Source of the DNA: Escherichia coli
GTDB taxonomy: Bacteria; Pseudomonadota; Gammaproteobacteria; Enterobacterales; Enterobacteriaceae
DNA: 64,000 nt
Strand: one strand, 5' to 3'
Assembly (NCBI RefSeq): GCF_003018235.1
Contig: NZ_CP027437.1
A program made the position numbers and the translations under genes. Below the pieces are notes generated by a model. It saw only the letters and a list, made by a program, of their open reading frames with translations, was not told where the DNA came from and did not search any database. This document shows, piece after piece, positions 33,191 through 46,392 of this stretch (positions within the stretch are counted from its first letter, which is position 1; each line of letters opens with the position of its first letter).

Positions 33191-33263
33191 TTCTGCTCTC
33201 CCGGCGTAACCCGGATTTGCCGCTTATACTTGTGGCAAATGGACACGTTCAGGGAGGCATCAA

Positions 33264-33431
33264 GTGAAGAAACTCACCGATAAGCAAAAGTCCCGTCTCT
33301 GGGAGCTTCAGCGTAATCGTAATTTCCAGGCCAGTCGCCGTCTTGAAGGCGTCGAGATGCCTTTAGTCACTCTTACTGCCGCAGAGGCTTTAGCGCGCCT
33401 TGAAGAGCTGAGGAGGCACTATGAGCGATAA
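33264..33431 (+). CDS. yhfG: Small protein YhfG (Fic-associated antitoxin-like partner)
   Basis: Not in ORF track. GTG-initiated frame gives [55 protein letters not shown] (55 aa); its stop overlaps the fic start by 11 nt. Confidence 0.75.
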   Translation: MKKLTDKQKSRLWELQRNRNFQASRRLEGVEMPLVTLTAAEALARLEELRRHYER

Positions 33432-34023
33432 ATTCGGCGAAGGGCGCGATCCGTATCTTTATCCTGGCCTTGATATCATGCGTAACCGGCTGAACATCCG
33501 CCAGCAACAGCGGCTGGAACAGGCCGCTTACGAAATGACGGCGCTGCGTGCTGCGACCATTGAGCTTGGTCCGCTGGTGCGCGGTTTACCGCATTTGCGC
33601 ACTATCCATCGCCAGCTGTATCAGGATATTTTCGACTGGGCGGGGCAATTGCGTGAAGTTGATATTTATCAGGGCGATACGCCGTTCTGCCACTTTGCCT
33701 ATATCGAAAAAGAGGGCAATGCCCTGATGCAGGATCTGGAGGAAGAAGGTTATCTGGTTGGCCTGGAGAAAGAGAAGTTCGTCGAGCGGCTGGCACATTA
33801 CTATTGTGAAATCAACGTGCTGCATCCCTTCCGTGTGGGAAGCGGACTGGCACAGCGGATCTTCTTCGAGCAGCTGGCGATTCATGCGGGCTACCAACTG
33901 AGCTGGCAGGGTATCGAAAAAGAGGCCTGGAATCAGGCAAATCAGAGTGGGGCAATGGGGGATCTCACCGCACTGCAGATGATATTTAGCAAAGTGGTAA
34001 GCGAAGCCGGGGAATCTGAGTAA
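33421..34023 (+). CDS. fic: Fic-family adenylyltransferase (AMPylation)
   Basis: 200-aa ORF containing Fic motif [12 protein letters not shown] (HPFx[DE]GNGR-like). Confidence 0.92.
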   Translation: MSDKFGEGRDPYLYPGLDIMRNRLNIRQQQRLEQAAYEMTALRAATIELGPLVRGLPHLRTIHRQLYQDIFDWAGQLREVDIYQGDTPFCHFAYIEKEGNALMQDLEEEGYLVGLEKEKFVERLAHYYCEINVLHPFRVGSGLAQRIFFEQLAIHAGYQLSWQGIEKEAWNQANQSGAMGDLTALQMIFSKVVSEAGESE

Positions 34024-34054
34024 AATAGCGCGGTTCTTTCGTACCGGAGCCGCC

Positions 34055-34618
34055 ATGATCCTGCTTATAGATAACTACGATTCTTTTACCTGGAACCTCT
34101 ACCAGTACTTTTGTGAACTGGGGGCGAATGTGCTGATTAAGCGCAACGATGCGTTGACGCTGGCGGATATCGACGCCCTTAAACCACAAAAAATTGTCAT
34201 CTCACCCGGACCCTGTACGCCAGATGAAGCCGGGATCTCGCTTGACGTTATTCGCCACTATGCCGGGCGCTTGCCGATTCTTGGCGTTTGCCTCGGTCAT
34301 CAGGCAATGGCACAGGCATTTGGCGGCAAAGTTGTGCGCGCAGCAAAGGTCATGCACGGCAAAACCTCGCCGATTACACATAGCGGTGAGGGCGTATTTC
34401 GGGGGCTGGCAAATCCACTTACCGTGACACGCTACCATTCGCTGGTGGTGGAACCTGACTCATTACCAGCGTGCTTTGAAGTGACGGCCTGGAGCGAAAC
34501 CCGCGAGATTATGGGGATTCGCCATCGCCAGTGGGATCTGGAAGGTGTGCAGTTCCACCCGGAAAGTATTCTCAGCGAACAAGGACATCAACTGCTGGCT
34601 AATTTCCTGCATCGCTGA
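34055..34618 (+). CDS. pabA: Aminodeoxychorismate synthase, glutamine amidotransferase subunit
   Basis: 187-aa [22 protein letters not shown]... with catalytic Cys in GVCLGHQ. Confidence 0.95.
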   Translation: MILLIDNYDSFTWNLYQYFCELGANVLIKRNDALTLADIDALKPQKIVISPGPCTPDEAGISLDVIRHYAGRLPILGVCLGHQAMAQAFGGKVVRAAKVMHGKTSPITHSGEGVFRGLANPLTVTRYHSLVVEPDSLPACFEVTAWSETREIMGIRHRQWDLEGVQFHPESILSEQGHQLLANFLHR

Positions 34619-34688
34619 TTTCTGATTGCTATTAAGTGATTTTTTATGCATATTTTGTGATTATAATTTCACATTGGTTTATGCGTAA

Positions 34689-35924
<1,236 letters not shown>

Positions 35925-35944
35925 ATACGACGCATCAGGCAAAA

Positions 35945-35985
35945 GATGTCGGATGCGGCGCGAACGCTGTATCCGATGGTTTAGC
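35945..35985. repeat. REP-like palindromic element between argD and yhfK
   Basis: gatgtcggatgcggcgcgaacgctgtatccgatgg resembles the REP consensus (CGGATGCGGCG...TATCCG). Confidence 0.45.
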
Positions 35986-35990
35986 CTGCA

Positions 35991-38093
35991 TTACGCCTTC
36001 GAATCCCGCAACTTGCGACTCAGCCAAATCCCGTGATGCGGTCGCTGACGCCATGCCATCGACGAAATGGTGTGCATGGTGTTCAGATGACCAATAACCC
36101 GCTGTAAATGCTGCTCCAGCGTACCTGCCGCGCCTTCGTGCGGCTGCATCTCCGGCGCATCCATGATATTGGCATCGCCAGAACTACCCGGTTCGTCATA
36201 CTCCAGTCGCTGCTGACAACGCTGAATGGCGATTTCACAAGACTGTAAATACTCTTGTGCCAGTTCAGGTGGCAATGCCCGGTGTTCCCGCGCCAGCGTG
36301 GTCATGGCATTAATATGCTCAACAATAAACTGGCTGTGCGTTACCCACAGTTTCATATCTGCCAGATAATGGCTGTTAAACGCCGGTTCCTGCATCGCCT
36401 GATTCAATGAGTTATACAGAGTGTTATGCGCCTGATTTACCCGCATTCGCTGCCAGGCCAGTGGCGTAGGTTGCGGATCCTCGCTAAGAATCAAGCGAAT
36501 CGCTTCCTGATAGGCTTCTAAAGCGTCATGGGCGTTTTTACGCAATAACCCGCTCTGCCACTGCGGCCACAGCCAGACAGTACCGCCGAAAGCAATTAAA
36601 CAACCAATAATGGTATCGATAAGACGCGGAAGGATGTACTGCTCGCCGTTCAACCACAATAGTTGCAGGGTATACACTGCGGTAATAGTAAAACCGACCG
36701 TCGCCCAGCCGTAGTTTTTGCGCAATATCAGGTAGCTGGCGAGGGTGGTAATCAGCATCAAGGTCAGAGTGTAACCTTCGGGAATTTTAAAGTGCAGGGC
36801 AACGCCCGCAATGATTAACCCGACCACGGTTCCCACGGAGCGATTCACAATCCTCAGACGGGTTGCGCCATAGCCATTTTGCGTCACCAGCAATACCGTC
36901 ATCAGGATCCAGTACGACTTCGGCAGATGCAGCGCGGTGCCCATCAGGCTGGCAACGCTTAACATCACACTGAGTCGTCCGGCATTGCGTAGCGCCGGAG
37001 ACTTTAGTGACAGATAACTTTTCAGCGCCGGAAGTAATGGCATTCGCCGCTGTTTATCGGCCAGTAAGTCACGCGCATAGAGCGGTTTTTGGGTGCGCAG
37101 CACGCGGGCGATGCGGCTGAAATGCCAGTAGCAGAATTGCCCAACCGGATTATCCGGATGCTGGCGGGCGATTTTTTCCAGTGCGCCAATTTGCTTTTCC
37201 ATCGTAAAACGCGTCGGCAGGCGATGGTAAAGAATGTCATCAGCCAGCACGCGCAGGCGAGCGGCGACGGTTTGCGCATTCCAGCGAATAACTTCCTCCG
37301 CATGGCTACGCTCGACCAGCTTTTGCACCTCTTCCGGCTGATGCAAACTGACCGAAATATGTTCCTGCAAATCCAGCGCCTCCTGGAAAATACGCAGCAT
37401 CCGCTTGTAATCGGTATTATTTTGCGCGGAAAGCATATGCATTTGCTGATAGCACTGGGTAATTAGATCGACCGCTTTTTGCTGGCGCACCAGCAGCGGC
37501 GGCAGCGCTTTTTCAGGGTCGGTGTGCTGGGTAAGCAGGCTGTATTTGGCTTCACAATAATCTGCCAGTTCACGGTACAGCAGACTTAGTGACTCGCGCA
37601 GCGGTTGTTCGCGCCAGATCCAGAACCAAAACCAGTTAAACAATCCGTACCAGAGAGTGCCCAACGCATAGATGAGCAACGGTTCCCAGACCGGCATGTA
37701 TCCCGCCAGACTGAGGGTAAAAATGGCGGCGAGCAGCGATGCGGGAAGCAATTTTGCGTGCAATGGCCCCAGCTCAGCAGTGACGCCAAGTACCAGCGTT
37801 AATCCGGTCAGCAAAAAGGGCAGAGGAACATCTTTTGCCAGTAGTAGCTGTGTCAGCAAGCTACAGGTGGCAAACAGCGACGCACCAATGATTAAGCGTT
37901 TGAAAAAACGTTTATGAGGCGTATCAAGGCCCGCAATATTGCAACAAGCAGGAACGAGGGAGAAGAGCAGACCGAATCGTAATTCGCCAAGCATTAACCC
38001 AACGGCCACGGGCAAACATAGCACCAGCGTTTGTCGAAGTGCATAGTTGATATCGGGGTGATAAATCAGCCTGCGCCACATCGGGGGAAACAA
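35991..38093 (-). CDS. yhfK: Putative inner-membrane efflux/transport protein YhfK
   Basis: 700-aa ORF with hydrophobic N- and mid-domains. Confidence 0.88.
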   Translation of the reverse strand: MFPPMWRRLIYHPDINYALRQTLVLCLPVAVGLMLGELRFGLLFSLVPACCNIAGLDTPHKRFFKRLIIGASLFATCSLLTQLLLAKDVPLPFLLTGLTLVLGVTAELGPLHAKLLPASLLAAIFTLSLAGYMPVWEPLLIYALGTLWYGLFNWFWFWIWREQPLRESLSLLYRELADYCEAKYSLLTQHTDPEKALPPLLVRQQKAVDLITQCYQQMHMLSAQNNTDYKRMLRIFQEALDLQEHISVSLHQPEEVQKLVERSHAEEVIRWNAQTVAARLRVLADDILYHRLPTRFTMEKQIGALEKIARQHPDNPVGQFCYWHFSRIARVLRTQKPLYARDLLADKQRRMPLLPALKSYLSLKSPALRNAGRLSVMLSVASLMGTALHLPKSYWILMTVLLVTQNGYGATRLRIVNRSVGTVVGLIIAGVALHFKIPEGYTLTLMLITTLASYLILRKNYGWATVGFTITAVYTLQLLWLNGEQYILPRLIDTIIGCLIAFGGTVWLWPQWQSGLLRKNAHDALEAYQEAIRLILSEDPQPTPLAWQRMRVNQAHNTLYNSLNQAMQEPAFNSHYLADMKLWVTHSQFIVEHINAMTTLAREHRALPPELAQEYLQSCEIAIQRCQQRLEYDEPGSSGDANIMDAPEMQPHEGAAGTLEQHLQRVIGHLNTMHTISSMAWRQRPHHGIWLSRKLRDSKA

Positions 38094-38131
38094 AATGGCG
38101 CGCTACCAGGTAACGCGCCACTCCGACGGGA

Positions 38132-38764
38132 TTAACGAGTGCCGTAAACGACGATGGTTTTACCGTGTGCGGAGATCAGGTTCTGATCTTCCAGCATCTT
38201 CAGAATGCGTCCCACGGTTTCACGAGAACAGCCGACAATCTGACCAATTTCCTGACGGGTAATTTTGATTTGCATACCGTCCGGGTGAGTCATAGCATCC
38301 GGTTGTTTTGCCAGGTTCAGCAGAGTCTGTGCAATGCGGCCCGTCACATCGAGGAACGCCAGGTTGCCCACTTTCTCTGAAGTGACTTGCAGACGACGCG
38401 CCATCTGTGCAGACAGACGCATCAGAATGTCCGGGTTTACCTGAATCAATTGGCGAAATTTTTTGTACGAAATTTCAGCCACTTCACAGGCGGTTTTCGC
38501 ACGTACCCATGCGCTACGTTCCTGGCCCTCTTCAAACAGGCCCAGTTCGCCAATAAAATCACCCTGATTCAGATAGGAGAGGATCATTTCTTTACCCTCT
38601 TCGTCTTTGATCAGCACTGCCACAGAGCCTTTAACGATGTAGTACAGCGTTTCCGCTTTTTCACCCTGGTGAATAAGCGTGCTCTTGGATGGGTACTTAT
38701 GAATGTGGCAATGAGACAAGAACCATTCGAGAGTCGGGTCTGTTTGCGGTTTGCCAAGCACCAT
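38132..38764 (-). CDS. crp: cAMP receptor protein (global transcriptional regulator)
   Basis: 210-aa [53 protein letters not shown]... matches CRP. Confidence 0.98.
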
Positions 38765-39065
38765 GCGCGGTTATCCTCTGTTATAAGCTTTCTCCAGAGC
38801 CAGATAACGCCGCTGTCTCTGGATTGCCGAAATATGCTTCCCGCTACCTGGGAAGGGGCTATCAACTGTACTGCACGGTAATGTGACGTCCTTTGCATAC
38901 ATGCAGTACATCAATGTATTACTGTAGCATCCTGACTGTTTTAGCATAGCTTTCGCTTTGTGTCTCCTGGTGTCTCGCTTCAGCATGACCCAGGTCGCCT
39001 TCCGTTGCGCGATTTGGTTAGTACGCGTACTCTGTCAGGAAAATTGACGCAGTGGAGTAGCAAAA

Positions 39066-39470
39066 ATGCAAGCGCGAGTGAAGTGGGTCGAAGGGTTAAC
39101 TTTTCTGGGCGAATCCGCCTCTGGTCACCAGATTTTAATGGACGGCAACTCAGGCGATAAAGCACCAAGTCCGATGGAAATGGTGTTGATGGCGGCGGGT
39201 GGTTGCAGTGCCATCGATGTGGTTTCTATTCTGCAAAAAGGGCGTCAGGATGTGGTCGATTGTGAAGTAAAATTGACCTCTGAACGCCGCGAAGAGGCAC
39301 CACGCCTGTTTACGCACATTAATCTGCATTTTATCGTCACCGGTCGCGACCTGAAAGACGCAGCGGTTGCGCGTGCGGTAGATCTCTCTGCCGAGAAATA
39401 TTGTTCAGTGGCGTTGATGCTGGAAAAAGCGGTGAATATTACTCACTCGTATGAAGTGGTTGCCGCGTGA
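39066..39470 (+). CDS. yhfA: OsmC-family protein YhfA
   Basis: 134-aa ORF divergent from crp. Confidence 0.88.
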   Translation: MQARVKWVEGLTFLGESASGHQILMDGNSGDKAPSPMEMVLMAAGGCSAIDVVSILQKGRQDVVDCEVKLTSERREEAPRLFTHINLHFIVTGRDLKDAAVARAVDLSAEKYCSVALMLEKAVNITHSYEVVAA

Positions 39471-39524
39471 TTTAACTATCCCGTTGTGAAGCCGGATAGT
39501 ATTTTATCCGGCGTAATAGCAGAG

Positions 39525-40394
39525 TTACTCGATTTTCTTCCCTTCCATCAATCGTTGCACCAGCGGCAGCATAATTAATTCCATTGCCAGACCCATTTTG
39601 CCGCCCGGTACCACTAACGTATTGACGTGGGAAATGAATGAGCCTTGCAACATCGCCAGCAGCCAGGGGAAATCGATCCCTTCCAGATTACGAAAATGGA
39701 TCACCACAAAGCTTTCATCCAGCGACGGGATACCTTTTGCCGCGAACGGGTTTGAGGTGTCGACGGTGGGAACGCGCTGGAAGTTAAGATGGGTGCGGGA
39801 AAACTGCGGTGTGATGTAGTTGATATAGTCTTCCATTGAACGCACTACCGAGTCCATCACTGCTTCTCGTGAGTGCCCGCGCTCGCTGGTGTCGCGGATC
39901 AGTTTTTGAATCCACTCAAGGTTAACGATAGGCACCACGCCAACCAGTAAATCCACATGCTGCGCAACGTTATGCTGTGGCGTGACTACGCCGCCGTGTA
40001 AACCTTCATAAAACAGTACATCCGTGGGTTCCGGTAAAGGTTGCCAGGGGGTGAATGTCCCCGGTACCTGATTCCACGGTACGGCTTCATCGTAGGTATG
40101 CAGATATTTGCGAGATTTCCCTTTGCCGCTCTGACCATATTCAATGAAGGTTTGTTCCAGCAGGCCAAAGTCGTTCGCTTCGGGGCCGAAGTAGCTGATA
40201 TGCCGCCCGGCGTCGCGCGCTTTGCGGATCGCCATGTCCATTTCCGGGCGGGTGTAACGGTGAAAACTGTCGCCTTCCACCTCAGCTGCATGCAGATTTA
40301 ACTGCGCGAATATTTTACGAAACGCGAGGCTGGTGGTGGTGGTCCCCGCGCCGCTGGATCCTGTTACCGCAATGACCGGATGTTTGGCAGACAT
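39525..40394 (-). CDS. prkB: Putative phosphoribulokinase/uridine-kinase-family protein
   Basis: 289-aa ORF with Walker A (VTGSSGAGTTT). Confidence 0.9.
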   Translation of the reverse strand: MSAKHPVIAVTGSSGAGTTTTSLAFRKIFAQLNLHAAEVEGDSFHRYTRPEMDMAIRKARDAGRHISYFGPEANDFGLLEQTFIEYGQSGKGKSRKYLHTYDEAVPWNQVPGTFTPWQPLPEPTDVLFYEGLHGGVVTPQHNVAQHVDLLVGVVPIVNLEWIQKLIRDTSERGHSREAVMDSVVRSMEDYINYITPQFSRTHLNFQRVPTVDTSNPFAAKGIPSLDESFVVIHFRNLEGIDFPWLLAMLQGSFISHVNTLVVPGGKMGLAMELIMLPLVQRLMEGKKIE

Positions 40395-40447
40395 AGTAAC
40401 TCCATGACTTAGCTATCATTATTATCTCGTCCGCCGACGGTTGCAGG

Positions 40448-40666
40448 TTATTCGCGAAACTGACTGCGCGGCATGATATTGACCGTTTCGTGCAGCTCCG
40501 ACCATACCAGCACCGCTTCTCCGCACTGTAGCTGGCGTTTGACGTCGGCGACTTTCTGTTCAAGTGTACGCTCATGTTCACCATAATCGGTGCCTTCACG
40601 TAACACAAAGCTTTCAATTAAATTTTCCAGCGTTTCGGGGGAGAGGTCTTGCCACGGAATCAACAT
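40448..40666 (-). CDS. yheU: UPF0270 small protein YheU
   Basis: 72-aa ORF overlapping the yheT stop. Confidence 0.85.
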
Positions 40667-41682
40667 GATTTCGCCTCCAGATACGTTGTTAACCAGTCAG
40701 GAATGCGTGACTCCAGCCACATTTGTGGATGAAGTAATGTACCGCCAATAAAGCCAACATGACCGCCATGTTCAGTCAGCTGATACTCCACCTGCGGGGG
40801 GAGACTTTCCGGTTTCGGGATCACCTGATGATCCATAAACGGATCGTCTTTGGCGTGAATAATCAGCGTCGGTTTGGCTATCCGATTGAGCATCGGCATG
40901 GCGCTACACTGACGATAATAGTCGATAGCGTCAGCGTAGCCGTGAATTCTGGCGGTGATGAGATCGTCAAATTCACGGATGCGACGTACCGATTTTAACT
41001 GCGCGAGATTAATCGGCAGCGTTCCGGGGTAGGCAGCCAGCTTGCGTGCGGCATTGGCTTTTAACAGGTTCAGCAAGTAACGCTGATAGACGCGGGAAAA
41101 GCCCTTTTCCATATGATAGCTACAGGCTTCCAGCATAAACGGCGCAGAGACAATCACCGCCGCATCAATCGGGAGATCATTGCCTTCTTTTGCCAGCAAA
41201 CAGGCCAGCATATTACCGCCGAGCGAATAGCCGACGGCAGCCGTTGGCGCATGACCAGACTCGCGTTGCAGCCAGCGTAAAAACCAACTGGCGTCTTCGG
41301 TTTCGCCCGAATGGTAAATGCGGTGCATACGGTTTGGTTCACCGCTGCATCCGCGAAAATGCATCACCACGCCCAGCCAGCCGCGCTTTTGCGCCGCCTC
41401 AACCAGACCGTGGGCGTAAGGGCTATTGAGACTGCCTTCCAGCCCGTGAAATACCACTAAACGCGGTTTATGACGCGCCTGTGCAGGGTCTTCACTCCAC
41501 GCGAGATCGACAAAATCGCCGTCGGGCAACTCCAGTCGCTGCCAGTGCGGGGTGAATTTCACCTTGCGACGAAACAGACGCGGCAGCATGGTTTGTAGAT
41601 GACAATTGCTAAAGCCGCGCATAGGGGTGAATTCAGCACTGCTGCTGAATTCATTGGCATCGGTCGTCGTTATCTTCGCCAT
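40660..41682 (-). CDS. yheT: Alpha/beta-hydrolase-fold protein YheT
   Basis: 340-aa ORF with GYSLGG nucleophile-elbow motif. Confidence 0.88.
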
Positions 41683-43601
41683 CAGTTGCTTTGGCCTTCC
41701 AGCAGCATCTGCTCAAGCTGCTCCTGGGCTTCCAGCCACGCCATTTCGCACTCTTCCAGGCCGGATTTGGCGCTGGCTTGCTGTTGCAGGCAGGCGGTCA
41801 ACTCCGCTTTACGGCTTTGATCGTACAGTTCGCTGTCGCCGAGTTTCTCTTCCGCCTGCGCCAGCTGTGCGTTCAGCTTCTCCATCTCTTTTTCCAGACG
41901 GGCAATCTCTTTACGCAGTGGCTGGGTTTGCGCACGCAGCTCCGCTTCCCGACGTTTCTGATCTTTACGTGCCTGGGCGCTGTTCGCGTTCTCTTTCTCT
42001 TTTGGCGCTTCGTCGGTCTGGTTTTCCTGCTTTTGTACGTCGCTCAACCACTGTTGATAATCTTCCAGATCGCCGTCGAACGGTTCGACTTTATGATCGT
42101 GAACCAGGTAGAGATCGTCAGTGGTGGAACGCAGCAAATGACGGTCGTGCGAGACGACAACCAGCGCGCCTTCGAACTCGATTAATGCTTCAGTCAGTGC
42201 CTGACGCATGTCGAGGTCAAGGTGGTTAGTCGGTTCGTCGAGCAGCAGCAGATTCGGACGCTGCCAGACAATTAATGCCAGCACCAGGCGGGCTTTTTCC
42301 CCACCGGAGAAGCGGCGCGTTTCTTCCGTCACTTTATCGCCCTGGAAACCAAAGCCGCCGAGGTAGTCACGCAGTTTTTGCTCCAGTTCCTGCGGCGCTA
42401 AACGTGCCAGATGTTGAATAGGCGATTCGTCGGCGCGCAGGTATTCAAGTTGATGCTGGGCGAAGTAGCCGAGCTTGATCCCTTTCGCCAGACCAATTTC
42501 ACCGCTGACTGGCGCAAGTTCACCGGCTAACAGTTTGATTAATGTCGATTTACCCGCGCCGTTGCGGCCTAGCAGACCAATGCGCGAGCCGGGGACCAGA
42601 TTCAGTTTAATCGAGTCGAGAATAATGCGATCACCATAGCCTGCGCTGACCTTTTCCATCTTCAGTAACGGATTTGGCAGGCTTTCCGGCGCGCGGAAGC
42701 TAAAGCGGAACGGGTTGTCGACGTGCGCGGGGGCAATCAGCTCCATACGCTCAAGCATCTTAATGCGGCTCTGGGCCTGCTTCGCTTTGGTGGCTTTGGC
42801 ACGGAAACGGTCGATATAACTTTGCAGATGCGCCACGCGTTCCTGCTGGCTTTCGTACATCGCTTGTTGCTGCGCCAGACGGGTGGCGCGCTGAACTTCA
42901 AACGAACTGTAGTTGCCGGTGTACTCGAACATGCTTTGTTGTTCGATATGAATAATTTTATCAACGATCGGATCGAGGAAGTCGCGGTCATGAGAGATCA
43001 GGATCAGCGTGCCCTGATAGCTCTTCAGCCATTTTTCCAGCCAGATAACGGCATCGAGATCGAGGTGGTTAGTCGGTTCGTCGAGCAGCAGCAAGTCTGA
43101 ACGGCAAATCAGCGCCTGGGCAAGGTTAAGACGCATACGCCAGCCACCAGAGAAATCACTTACCGGGCGCTCCAGTTGTTCATTGCTGAAACCGAGGCCG
43201 TGCAGCAGGCTGGCGGCACGGGAGCGAATACTCCATGCGTCAATAGCATCCAGCTTGCCATGAATGGTCGCAATGGCGTGCCCGTCGTTACGTTCGTTGG
43301 CGTCGTGTAGCTGCGCTTCCAGTTGACGATATTCACGGTCGCCGTCAATGACATATTCCAGCGCCGCTTGCGGTAACGCCGGCGTTTCCTGATTCACCCA
43401 CGCCAGTTGCCAGCTTCCCGGAAAGGTGTAGCTGCCGCCGTCGGCGCTGATTTCATTTTTCAGCAATGCCAGCAGGGTAGATTTACCACAGCCGTTTTTA
43501 CCCACCAGGCCGACTTTCTGCCCGGGGTTGATGGTGGCGGTGGCATTATCCAGCAGGACGCGCACGCCGCGACGAATTTGTAACGAGGAGAAAACAATCA
43601 T
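41682..43601 (-). CDS. yheS: ABC-F family ATPase YheS (two ABC domains with coiled-coil linker)
   Basis: 639-aa ORF with two Walker A sites (GKNGCGKST, GRNGAGKST) and C-terminal charged coiled coil. Confidence 0.92.
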   Translation of the reverse strand: MIVFSSLQIRRGVRVLLDNATATINPGQKVGLVGKNGCGKSTLLALLKNEISADGGSYTFPGSWQLAWVNQETPALPQAALEYVIDGDREYRQLEAQLHDANERNDGHAIATIHGKLDAIDAWSIRSRAASLLHGLGFSNEQLERPVSDFSGGWRMRLNLAQALICRSDLLLLDEPTNHLDLDAVIWLEKWLKSYQGTLILISHDRDFLDPIVDKIIHIEQQSMFEYTGNYSSFEVQRATRLAQQQAMYESQQERVAHLQSYIDRFRAKATKAKQAQSRIKMLERMELIAPAHVDNPFRFSFRAPESLPNPLLKMEKVSAGYGDRIILDSIKLNLVPGSRIGLLGRNGAGKSTLIKLLAGELAPVSGEIGLAKGIKLGYFAQHQLEYLRADESPIQHLARLAPQELEQKLRDYLGGFGFQGDKVTEETRRFSGGEKARLVLALIVWQRPNLLLLDEPTNHLDLDMRQALTEALIEFEGALVVVSHDRHLLRSTTDDLYLVHDHKVEPFDGDLEDYQQWLSDVQKQENQTDEAPKEKENANSAQARKDQKRREAELRAQTQPLRKEIARLEKEMEKLNAQLAQAEEKLGDSELYDQSRKAELTACLQQQASAKSGLEECEMAWLEAQEQLEQMLLEGQSN

Positions 43602-43728
43602 AAGGCGCCGTATGTTCAGACTATGTTAACTTATCATTATGATAATGTAGTGTATGGGCGAGCTGCCGCACCGGGCGCAATGGTAGCCCAAAACAGCGAC
43701 TATACACAAAAACCATACCGGGAGGGGG

Positions 43729-44283
43729 ATGATGTCTCAGCCAGCGAAAGTTTTGCTGCTGTATGCCCATCCGGAATCTCAGGACTCGGTGGCAAACCGG
43801 GTACTGCTTAAACCGGCCACGCAGCTCAGCAATGTTACCGTGCACGACCTTTACGCGCACTATCCCGATTTTTTTATTGATATCCCCCGTGAGCAGGCAT
43901 TACTGCGCGAGCACGAGGTGATTGTCTTTCAGCATCCTCTTTATACCTATAGCTGCCCGGCGCTACTGAAAGAGTGGCTGGACCGGGTATTAAGCCGTGG
44001 TTTTGCCAGCGGGCCGGGAGGAAACCAACTGGCGGGAAAGTACTGGCGTAGCGTGATTACCACCGGCGAGCCGGAAAGTGCTTACCGTTATGACGCCTTG
44101 AATCGCTACCCGATGAGCGATGTTCTGCGCCCCTTTGAACTGGCGGCGGGCATGTGCCGGATGCATTGGTTGAGTCCCATCATTATTTACTGGGCGAGAC
44201 GGCAAAGCGCACAGGAGCTGGCGAGTCACGCCAGAGCCTACGGTGACTGGCTGGCAAATCCGCTGTCTCCAGGAGGCCGCTGA
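43729..44283 (+). CDS. kefG: KefB ancillary protein (flavodoxin-like quinone oxidoreductase fold)
   Basis: 184-aa [23 protein letters not shown]...; stop overlaps kefB start. Confidence 0.9.
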
Positions 44284-46088
44284 TGGAAGGTTCCGATTTT
44301 TTACTCGCAGGAGTGTTGTTTCTCTTCGCGGCGGTGGCTGCGGTGCCGCTGGCATCGCGGCTGGGTATTGGCGCTGTGTTGGGATATTTGCTGGCAGGGA
44401 TTGCAATTGGCCCGTGGGGGCTGGGTTTTATTAGCGACGTCGATGAGATCCTCCACTTTTCGGAACTCGGCGTGGTGTTCCTGATGTTTATCATCGGCCT
44501 GGAGTTGAATCCCTCCAAGCTTTGGCAATTGCGGCGTTCGATTTTTGGCGTAGGTGCGGCACAGGTGCTGTTAAGCGCGGCGTTGCTGGCGGGATTATTG
44601 ATGCTGACGGATTTCGCCTGGCAGGCGGCGGTGGTCGGTGGTATTGGCCTTGCGATGTCCTCAACCGCAATGGCGTTGCAACTGATGCGTGAGAAAGGGA
44701 TGAATCGCAGCGAATCCGGCCAGTTAGGTTTCTCGGTACTGCTGTTTCAGGATCTGGCGGTGATCCCGGCACTGGCGTTAGTGCCGTTGTTGGCGGGGGC
44801 GGCAGACGAACATTTCGACTGGATGAAAATCGGCATGAAGGTGCTGGCGTTTGTCGGCATGCTGATTGGCGGGCGTTATTTACTGCGTCCGGTATTCCGT
44901 TTTATTGCAGCTTCTGGTGTGCGGGAAGTGTTCACCGCCGCGACGCTGCTGCTGGTGTTGGGTTCCGCATTGTTTATGGATGCGCTGGGGCTGTCGATGG
45001 CGCTCGGTACGTTTATTGCGGGCGTGTTGCTGGCAGAAAGCGAATATCGCCACGAACTGGAAACAGCTATCGACCCGTTTAAGGGGTTGCTGCTCGGGCT
45101 ATTTTTTATCTCGGTCGGAATGTCGCTCAACCTCGGTGTGCTTTATACCCATCTGTTGTGGGTGGTGTTAAGCGTTATTGTGTTGGTGGCGGTGAAAATT
45201 CTCGTGCTGTATCTGCTGGCGCGACTGTATGGCGTGCGTAGCTCAGAGCGGATGCAGTTTGCTGGCGTGTTGAGTCAGGGCGGTGAGTTTGCCTTTGTGC
45301 TCTTTTCTACCGCTTCTTCACAACGCTTATTCCAGGGTGACCAGATGGCGCTGTTGCTGGTGACGGTGACGCTTTCCATGATGACCACGCCGCTGCTGAT
45401 GAAGCTGGTGGATAAATGGCTATCCCGCCAGTTTAACGGACCGGAAGAAGAAGACGAAAAACCGTGGGTCAACGATGATAAACCCCAGGTCATTGTCGTG
45501 GGCTTTGGGCGTTTTGGTCAGGTGATTGGTCGTTTGCTGATGGCAAATAAAATGCGCATTACTGTGCTGGAGCGGGATATCAGTGCCGTTAACCTGATGC
45601 GTAAATATGGCTACAAAGTTTATTACGGCGACGCCACGCAGGTCGATCTTTTACGTTCTGCGGGAGCAGAGGCCGCTGAGTCTATCGTCATTACCTGTAA
45701 CGAGCCGGAAGACACCATGAAGCTGGTGGAAATATGCCAGCAGCACTTTCCGCATTTGCATATTCTTGCGCGAGCGCGCGGACGTGTGGAAGCGCATGAG
45801 TTATTACAGGCAGGGGTGACGCAGTTTTCCCGTGAAACATTCTCCAGTGCGTTAGAGCTGGGGCGCAAGACGCTGGTCACGCTTGGCATGCATCCGCATC
45901 AGGCACAGCGGGCGCAACTGCATTTTCGTCGCCTGGATATGCGGATGCTGCGAGAGCTCATCCCAATGCATGCCGATACCGTACAAATTTCTCGCGCCAG
46001 GGAAGCCCGACGCGAACTGGAAGAGATTTTCCAGCGTGAAATGCAACAAGAACGACGCCAGCTGGACGGCTGGGATGAATTTGAGTAG
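44283..46088 (+). CDS. kefB: Glutathione-regulated potassium-efflux system protein KefB
   Basis: 601-aa ORF: CPA2 membrane domain plus C-terminal KTN/RCK domain ([11 protein letters not shown]). Confidence 0.95.
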   Translation: MEGSDFLLAGVLFLFAAVAAVPLASRLGIGAVLGYLLAGIAIGPWGLGFISDVDEILHFSELGVVFLMFIIGLELNPSKLWQLRRSIFGVGAAQVLLSAALLAGLLMLTDFAWQAAVVGGIGLAMSSTAMALQLMREKGMNRSESGQLGFSVLLFQDLAVIPALALVPLLAGAADEHFDWMKIGMKVLAFVGMLIGGRYLLRPVFRFIAASGVREVFTAATLLLVLGSALFMDALGLSMALGTFIAGVLLAESEYRHELETAIDPFKGLLLGLFFISVGMSLNLGVLYTHLLWVVLSVIVLVAVKILVLYLLARLYGVRSSERMQFAGVLSQGGEFAFVLFSTASSQRLFQGDQMALLLVTVTLSMMTTPLLMKLVDKWLSRQFNGPEEEDEKPWVNDDKPQVIVVGFGRFGQVIGRLLMANKMRITVLERDISAVNLMRKYGYKVYYGDATQVDLLRSAGAEAAESIVITCNEPEDTMKLVEICQQHFPHLHILARARGRVEAHELLQAGVTQFSRETFSSALELGRKTLVTLGMHPHQAQRAQLHFRRLDMRMLRELIPMHADTVQISRAREARRELEEIFQREMQQERRQLDGWDEFE

Positions 46089-46097
46089 AGGGTAAAG

Positions 46098-46298
46098 ATG
46101 GCAATCCGAAAACGTTTTATTGCGGGCGCAAAATGCCCGGCCTGTCAGGCGCAGGATTCAATGGCGATGTGGCGCGAAAATAATATTGATATTGTTGAAT
46201 GTGTTAAGTGCGGACATCAGATGCGAGAAGCGGACAAAGAAGCCCGCGATCACGTTCGCAAAGATGAGCAAGTGATCGGGATTTTTCATCCGGACTAG
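46098..46298 (+). CDS. yheV: Zinc-ribbon small protein YheV
   Basis: 66-aa ORF with CPAC...CVKC zinc-ribbon cysteines. Confidence 0.85.
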   Translation: MAIRKRFIAGAKCPACQAQDSMAMWRENNIDIVECVKCGHQMREADKEARDHVRKDEQVIGIFHPD

Positions 46299-46392
46299 CG
46301 ATATGCGCCGAGTTTTTTTAAGCTAGTGAGTACACGGCTGCAGAATTCCGCTACAATCTGCGCCACTATTCTTCCCATGCTCAGGAGATATC

